From the NCBI GenBank assembly GCA_963708135.1, contig OY970192.1, positions 3,040,001 through 3,104,000 on the forward strand: 64,000 bases of DNA, read 5' to 3'. This document shows, in pieces, positions 58,118 through 64,000 of the stretch. The first letter of the stretch is position 1, and every line of letters starts with the position of its first letter. Origin of the DNA: an uncultured Gemmatimonadales bacterium (GTDB lineage Bacteria; Gemmatimonadota; Gemmatimonadetes; Longimicrobiales; RSA9). The notes under the pieces are model-generated. The model was not told the DNA's origin. It searched no databases and was given only the letters and a program-made list of their open reading frames with translations. The position numbers and the translations under genes are program-made.

Positions 58118-60385
58118 ATGCCAGAGAACCGCTTGCAGCGCGTCGCCGCACGGCGCGCGCTCCCGCTCGCGCTCGGCGCCCTCCCGGCCCTCGTCGCGCT
58201 CCTCGCGCCGCTCGCGCTTGCCACGGCCTCCGCGGCCCAGACGCCGGCGCTCGGCGCACCGAGCGCCCGTCCCGCGCCGACCGCCAGCGCGGCCACGCCG
58301 GCCGCGCTCCGGACGCCCTCGGCCGCGGACGCGGCGCAGCCGGGGCTGCCGGCGGACGCGGGGGAGGCGGGCGGCGCCGTCGTCGCCTCGGAGTCCGATC
58401 TGTTCCAGCCGCTGGACGTGTTTCAGCTCGAGTGGGCGGCGGACCCCGAGATCTCGCCGGACGGGCGGAAGGTCGTCTTCGTGCGCTCGGGCTACGACAT
58501 CATGCACGACCGGACGCGCGGCAGCCTGTGGCTCATGAACGCGGACGGCAGCGATCTGCGCGCGCTGACGAGCGGGGAGCGGAGCGCCGGCTCGCCGCGC
58601 TGGAGCCCGGACGGCTCGAGGCTCATCTACACGTCGAGCGGCGAGGGCGGGGCGCAGATCTGGCTGCGCTGGATGGACACGGGGCAGGAGACGGAGCTCA
58701 CGCACATGACGGGCGCGGGCCCGCGCGGGATCACGTGGAGCCCGGACGGGAAGTGGATCGCGTTCTCGAGCTTCGTCGCCGAGAAGGAGCCCTCGATCGT
58801 GCACATGCCGGCGATGCCGAAGGGGGCGAACTGGGGGCCGGCATGGAAGTACATCGACAAGCCGCACTATCGGCAGGACGAGGTGGGCTACCTGCCGGAC
58901 GGCTTCAACCACGTCTTCGTGCTCCCCGTCGAGGGCGGCACGCCGCGGCAGGTCACCTTCGGCGAGCACAACGACGGCACGCCGTCATGGTCGGCGGACA
59001 GCAAGGCGCTGCTCTTCTCCGCCGATCGCACGACGGCGTGGCGCTACGCCGGCTCGAACACCGAGGTCTACGAGGTCTCCCTGGCGGGCGGCGAGCCGCG
59101 CGCGCTGACGGACCGCGACGGGCCCGATGCCGACCCGGTGATGTCGCCAGACGGCAAGCAGATCGCCTGGATCGGCTACGATGACAGCATCCAGGGCTAC
59201 CAGGTCCGGCACCTGTACGTGATGAACGCGGACGGCGGCGCGAAGCGGGAGGTGAACGCCGGCTTCGACCGCAGCGTGTCGCATCCGGTGTGGAGCCGGG
59301 ACGGGCGCGGCCTGTACGTGCAGTACGACGACCACGGCGACACGAAGATCGGCTTCGTGGACCTGAAGAGCGACGACGTGCGCAAGCTGGCCGACCACGT
59401 GGGCGGCCTGGACATCGGCCGGCCGTACTCCGGTGGCAGCTATTCGGTCTCGCCCGCGGGCATCTACGCGTTCACGCACGGCCTGCCGGACCACCCGGCG
59501 GACGTGGCCGTGGGGCGCGCCGGCCAGGCGGCCACCCGCCTCACCGAGCTCAACAGCGACCTGTTCGGCCACAAGACGCTCGCGCAGGTCGAGGAGTTCA
59601 CCGTCAAGTCGAGCTATGACGGCAAGGAGATTCAGGGCTGGATCATGAAGCCGCCGCACTTCGACGGCTCGAAGAAGTACCCGCTCATCCTCGAGATCCA
59701 CGGCGGCCCGTACGCCAACTACGGCGACCGCTTCAGCGCGGAGGACCAGCTCTACGCCGCGGACGGCAACGTCGTCATCTACCTGAATCCGCGCGGCAGC
59801 ACGAGTTACGGCGAGGCGTTCGGCAACATCATCCACCTCGACTACCCCGACCACGACTACGACGACCTCATGTCCGGCGTCGACTACGTGGTGAAGCAGG
59901 GCTACGTCGACCCGACCCACCTCTACGTCACCGGCGGCAGCGGCGGCGGCGTGCTCACGGCCTGGATCGTCGGCCACACGGACCGCTTCCGGGCGGCCGT
60001 CGTCGAGAAGCCGGTCATCAACTGGTACAGCTTCGTGCTGACCGCGGACGGCGCGCTCCACTTCGGCAAGTACTGGATGCCGGGGCTGCCGTGGGAGCCG
60101 GGCAACCTCGAGAAGTACATGGCGCGCTCGCCGATCACGTACGTGGGCAACGTCAAGACGCCGACGATGGTGATGACGGGCGAGGAGGACTACCGGACGC
60201 CGAACGAGCAGGCGGAGCAGTTCTACGAGGCGCTGCAGCTGAGGAAGATCCCGTCCGCCATGGTGCGAATCCCGGATGCCGGCCACGACATCGCGAGAAA
60301 GCCGAGCAACCTCGTCGAGAAGGCACTCTACGCGCTGGCGTGGTTCCACAAGTACGGCGGCGAGAGCGCGACCGCGACGCAATAG
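58118..60385 (+). CDS. S9 family peptidase (acylaminoacyl/dipeptidyl peptidase)
   Basis: PD40-like repeats (WSPDG), IHGGP, GGSGGG nucleophile, EEDYRT, AGHDI. Confidence 0.92.
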   Translation: MPENRLQRVAARRALPLALGALPALVALLAPLALATASAAQTPALGAPSARPAPTASAATPAALRTPSAADAAQPGLPADAGEAGGAVVASESDLFQPLDVFQLEWAADPEISPDGRKVVFVRSGYDIMHDRTRGSLWLMNADGSDLRALTSGERSAGSPRWSPDGSRLIYTSSGEGGAQIWLRWMDTGQETELTHMTGAGPRGITWSPDGKWIAFSSFVAEKEPSIVHMPAMPKGANWGPAWKYIDKPHYRQDEVGYLPDGFNHVFVLPVEGGTPRQVTFGEHNDGTPSWSADSKALLFSADRTTAWRYAGSNTEVYEVSLAGGEPRALTDRDGPDADPVMSPDGKQIAWIGYDDSIQGYQVRHLYVMNADGGAKREVNAGFDRSVSHPVWSRDGRGLYVQYDDHGDTKIGFVDLKSDDVRKLADHVGGLDIGRPYSGGSYSVSPAGIYAFTHGLPDHPADVAVGRAGQAATRLTELNSDLFGHKTLAQVEEFTVKSSYDGKEIQGWIMKPPHFDGSKKYPLILEIHGGPYANYGDRFSAEDQLYAADGNVVIYLNPRGSTSYGEAFGNIIHLDYPDHDYDDLMSGVDYVVKQGYVDPTHLYVTGGSGGGVLTAWIVGHTDRFRAAVVEKPVINWYSFVLTADGALHFGKYWMPGLPWEPGNLEKYMARSPITYVGNVKTPTMVMTGEEDYRTPNEQAEQFYEALQLRKIPSAMVRIPDAGHDIARKPSNLVEKALYALAWFHKYGGESATATQ

Positions 60386-60466
60386 GCGGACGGGAGATCG
60401 CGGAGGCGGCAGGATGCCGGCGGCCGCGAGACCGCAGGGCCGGCGCGGACCGGCGGTCCGGGCGCC

Positions 60467-63175
60467 TTACTCCGCTCGCAGCGCCTCCATCGGGTCCACG
60501 CGCGTGGCGCGGCGGGCGGGGAGCCACGCCGCGAGCGCGGCCACCCCGAGGAGCACGGCGGCAGCGAGCGCGAACGTGCCCGGGTCCGTGGGAGCCACGT
60601 CGTAGAGGAAGCTCCGGAGCGCCCGCGCTCCTCCCCATGCGGCGGCGCCCCCGGCCAGGGCCCCCAGGGCAGCGGGAATGAGCCCGCCGCGCACCACCAG
60701 CGCCACGACCTGGCCCGGTTCGGCCCCGAGGGCGATCCGGAGTCCCAGCTCCGGGGTCCTGCGGGTCACGGCGTAGGACACGACGGCCCAGACGCCCATG
60801 CATGCCATGAGCAGCGCGAGCGCGGCGAACGCGGCGAGGAGGGCGCCGAGCACGCGGGTGTCGGCGGTGGCCGTCGCCTCCCACTGCGCGTCGGTGGTCA
60901 CGTCGTGGATCGGGATGCCCGGGTCGATGGCGGCGAGCGCCGCACGGGCGCTCAGAATGGCGCTCAGCGGCTCGCCGCGGGTCCGCGCGACGATCCGGCC
61001 TGCGCCGGGCTCCTGGCGCTGCTCGACGTACGCGTCCGCCATCACGCCGTTCTCGGGCCGATCGTAGAGCACATCGCCCACCACCCCGATGACCTCGGCG
61101 GTGGCGCCGCGGTCCGCCGGTGTTAGGTCGAGGCCGAGCGCCACCGGGCTGCCCAGAGCGTGGCCCTCGGGGAAGAGCTCGCGCGCGGCCGTCTCGCTCA
61201 GCACGACCACCGGCGGGGAGCCCTTCCGGTCACGGGGGCCGAAGGTGCGGCCACGGCGGAGTGGGACGCCGAGCGTGCGGAAGAACTCATCGCTCACGTA
61301 GTTGACGCCGATGCGCGGCCGGCTCCCCTCGTCCCACGTGCGCCCCCCGGCCCGACGCACGCCGGTGATCACGCAGTGTCCGCCGAGCGGCGCGACGCAG
61401 GTCACCGCGGCCGACCGGATGTCCGGTAGTGCCCGGAGCCACTCGAGGTAGCGCTCGTTGAAGCCCGCGACGTCGCCCGCCCAGCGGCTCGTCCCGGGGA
61501 TGTCGAAGGCGAACGTCACGAGATTGCCGGAACGGTAGCCGCGGTCAACCGACTGGAGCTGGCGGAGCGAGCGCAGCAGGAGGCCCGCGCCCACGAGCAG
61601 CACCAGCGCGAGGGCGACCTCCACGGCCACGAGGCCGCCGCGCAGGTCCACACCCCGCCGCCCCCGCCATTCCCCGCCGGCGCCGGCGCGCAGCTGAATG
61701 GCGGGACTCACCTGGCTCGCCGCCAGCGCCGGCAGCGCGCCAAGCAGAAGCGCCGTCAGCAGCGCGACGAACAGTGCGAATGCGACGACGCGGCCGTCCA
61801 CGCTCACGGCGCCGAGATCGAGCCCGCGGACGCTCCAGCTCCCGTTCAGGAAGCGTGCGGGCCACGCGGCGGCGAGAGCGCGCGCGCCCCAGCGCGCCAG
61901 GAGCAGCGCCGCGCCCGCTCCGGCCAGTGAGAGCGCGAGCGCCTCCAGGAGGAAGCCGCGGGCCACGCGCCAGCGGCCCGCGCCGAGCGCCACGCGCACG
62001 GCCGACTCTCGCGCCCGCCCGCTGGCGCGGGCGAGCAGGAGGGCGGCGAGGTTGGCGCAGGCGGCGAGCAGCAGGAGCGCGGCCGCGGCGCTCAGCACGA
62101 GTACCGTCCGGCGCGCCTTCGGGTTCACGCGAGCCGCGACGTAGCTCTCCGCAGCCGCCCCCTGCACCAGGGTGGGATCGCCCGCCGGGGCTGCCTCGTC
62201 GATCGCCCGCCCCAGCGCCGCCATGGGCGCGCCGGCGGAGGCGAGCGATGCGCCCGGCGCGAGCCGCCCCACGACCCGCAGCCAGTGGATGCCCCCCAAG
62301 CGGGTGAGCGCCGGCGCGATGAGCGCGGCGCCGGCGCGGACGGGGAGGAACAGCCGGGCGCGGCCGCCCAGCCCGCGGAACCCCGGGGGCGCCACGCCGA
62401 CCACCGTGACCGGGCGCCCGTCCACCGTGACCACGCGCCCCGCCACCGCCGGGTCGGCGCCGAACCGCTCTCGCCAGAGGGAATGCTCCAGGATGGCGAC
62501 GGGTGCGGCCCCCTCGGCGTCGTCCGCCGGCGCGAAGCCCCGCCCCAGGGCCGGCGCGACCCCGAGGACCCGCAGGTACCCCGGCGTGACCAGCTCCACC
62601 GGCAAGTAGGCCGCCTCCCCGACCCCGAAGAGGGTCACCGAGCGCTCCCCGTAGGCCGCCGAGCCCACGAGCGGCAGCGCCCGGCCGGCGGCCAGGATCT
62701 CGTAGTCGGAATAGGACCACGGGATCGAGCGGGGCGGCGCCGGCCGGACGCGCGAGGATTCCGTGAGGTCGAGGAGCACGAGGCGGTCCGCGTCCCGGTA
62801 CGGGGGCGGCGCGAGGAGCGTCGCCTCGAGCGCCGCGAACACGGAGGCGTTCGCCCCGATCCCGAGCGCCAGTACGGCGAGGGCCGCCAGCGCCAACCCG
62901 GGCGTGCGCCGGAGCCCGCGCAGCGCGAACCGCGCGTCCTGTACCAGCGCCTCCCACCACCCCAGCCCCCACGCGTCGCGCATCCCGTCCTTCAACCAGG
63001 CGACGTTGCCGAACGCACGCTCCGCCGCCCGCCTCGCCTCCTCGGGCCCGAGACCCCGCGCCAGGTTGCGCTCCGTCTCCCGGTCCAGATGATAGCGGAG
63101 CTCCTCGTCCAGCTCCGCCTCCGCGCGGCCGCGCAGCAGAAGCGCCCGCAGCCAGACCGCCATGCGTCTCCACAT
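60467..63175 (-). CDS. Duplicated MacB/FtsX-type ABC permease (ADOP-like)
   Basis: ELDEELRYHLDRE, LALGIGANASVF, ACANLAALLLARA, ELGLRIALGA, PARRATRVDPMEALRAE. Confidence 0.9.
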   Translation of the reverse strand: MWRRMAVWLRALLLRGRAEAELDEELRYHLDRETERNLARGLGPEEARRAAERAFGNVAWLKDGMRDAWGLGWWEALVQDARFALRGLRRTPGLALAALAVLALGIGANASVFAALEATLLAPPPYRDADRLVLLDLTESSRVRPAPPRSIPWSYSDYEILAAGRALPLVGSAAYGERSVTLFGVGEAAYLPVELVTPGYLRVLGVAPALGRGFAPADDAEGAAPVAILEHSLWRERFGADPAVAGRVVTVDGRPVTVVGVAPPGFRGLGGRARLFLPVRAGAALIAPALTRLGGIHWLRVVGRLAPGASLASAGAPMAALGRAIDEAAPAGDPTLVQGAAAESYVAARVNPKARRTVLVLSAAAALLLLAACANLAALLLARASGRARESAVRVALGAGRWRVARGFLLEALALSLAGAGAALLLARWGARALAAAWPARFLNGSWSVRGLDLGAVSVDGRVVAFALFVALLTALLLGALPALAASQVSPAIQLRAGAGGEWRGRRGVDLRGGLVAVEVALALVLLVGAGLLLRSLRQLQSVDRGYRSGNLVTFAFDIPGTSRWAGDVAGFNERYLEWLRALPDIRSAAVTCVAPLGGHCVITGVRRAGGRTWDEGSRPRIGVNYVSDEFFRTLGVPLRRGRTFGPRDRKGSPPVVVLSETAARELFPEGHALGSPVALGLDLTPADRGATAEVIGVVGDVLYDRPENGVMADAYVEQRQEPGAGRIVARTRGEPLSAILSARAALAAIDPGIPIHDVTTDAQWEATATADTRVLGALLAAFAALALLMACMGVWAVVSYAVTRRTPELGLRIALGAEPGQVVALVVRGGLIPAALGALAGGAAAWGGARALRSFLYDVAPTDPGTFALAAAVLLGVAALAAWLPARRATRVDPMEALRAE

Positions 63176-63507
63176 CAGCCGCTCCCCAGGATCAGCCCCA
63201 GCGCCTCCGAGAACCGCTCCCATGACGCCCGCTCCAGCTCCAGCTGCTGGAGCCCCGCCTTCGTCAACTCGTAGTAGCGCGCCCGCCGGTTGTTCTCCGA
63301 CCGACGCCACTCCGCACGGACGTAGCCGCGCGCCTCGAGCCGCCGCAGCGCCGGGTACACCGACCCGTAGTTCACGTCCAGGATCCCCCGCGACACCACC
63401 TGGATCGACTGCACCAGGTCCCACCCGTTCGCCGCCCCCGCCCGCAGCAGCTTCAGCACGATCAGGTCGAGCGTCCCCTGGAGCAGCTCCGCTTTTTCCT
63501 CGCCCAC
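63175..63507 (-). CDS. PadR-family transcriptional regulator
   Basis: LLQGTLDLIVLKLL...GSVYPALRRLE...SENNRRARYYELT. Confidence 0.9.
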   Translation of the reverse strand: MGEEKAELLQGTLDLIVLKLLRAGAANGWDLVQSIQVVSRGILDVNYGSVYPALRRLEARGYVRAEWRRSENNRRARYYELTKAGLQQLELERASWERFSEALGLILGSG

Positions 63508-63796
63508 TGCCTCCGCCTTTCCCTCCTGGCGGCCGTGCTGTCTGCCCCGCGCGCCGGCCCGCGCCCCCTTGACCATCCAACAGGAAGTTGCCGCGCGACC
63601 TATTGGATGTCAATAGGAAGAGAGGCGTGCGTCGACGCCCGGGAACCCTATATTTCGGGCGCTGCCGCTACGCGGCCCCGGGGACCTCCGCGTCTCCGCG
63701 AGAGACGATCCCGAGACGAGCCGACCGCGCGCCACGAAGGCCGAGCGACCGCCGACGAGGCGCCACCCCGGACACCCTCGAACGGACTCCGAAGCG

Positions 63797-64000
63797 ATGA
63801 ACCGACACCCAGCGCTCTCGACCCTCGCCCTGGCCACAACCGCCCTCCTCGGCGCCCTCCCCCTCGCCGCGCAGCGCCCGAGGCTGTCGCCGCCGGTGCG
63901 GGCGTTCGCGCGCGTGGACACGCCCGTCGTCGCACTCACGCACGTGCGGGTGATCGACGGGACGGGGGCGCCGGCGCGCGACGACCAGACGGTGGTGATC
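63797..64000 (+). CDS. Amidohydrolase family protein (5' part)
   Basis: Signal peptide, then VALTHVRVIDGTGAPARDDQTVVI. Confidence 0.7.
   Translation, partial: MNRHPALSTLALATTALLGALPLAAQRPRLSPPVRAFARVDTPVVALTHVRVIDGTGAPARDDQTVVI

Overview
High-GC bacterial chromosome segment; the PadR plus duplicated ABC-permease pair and the ECF sigma with CBM48 proteins suggest Gemmatimonadota or a related phylum (inference only). 1-26.7 kb and 56.1-64 kb hold ordinary genes: PLP enzyme, dodecin, octaheme HAO-family cytochrome, tesB, ECF module, nhaD, RND pump, serA, CocE/NonD hydrolase, S9 peptidase, ABC permease and PadR. The centre (26.8-56.06 kb) is an integron-like element: a tyrosine recombinase followed, in the same orientation, by an attI-like site and about 32 cassettes delimited by TAAC...GTT sites. 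About 14 cassettes are toxin-antitoxin (TA) modules, 13 are ORF-less units of about 376 bp in four subfamilies, 5 carry other genes, and four IS elements are inserted. The system looks non-canonical in four ways. The recombinase lacks the IntI-specific insertion but has an extra HARP-like N-terminal domain. The attC-like sites appear to fold as branched structures with a near-invariant GTCG-N13-GTT. Almost every cassette has a 14-19 bp terminal stem with a mismatch at position 11. Non-coding cassettes dominate the attI-proximal positions. All coordinates, alignments and family calls were made by eye.
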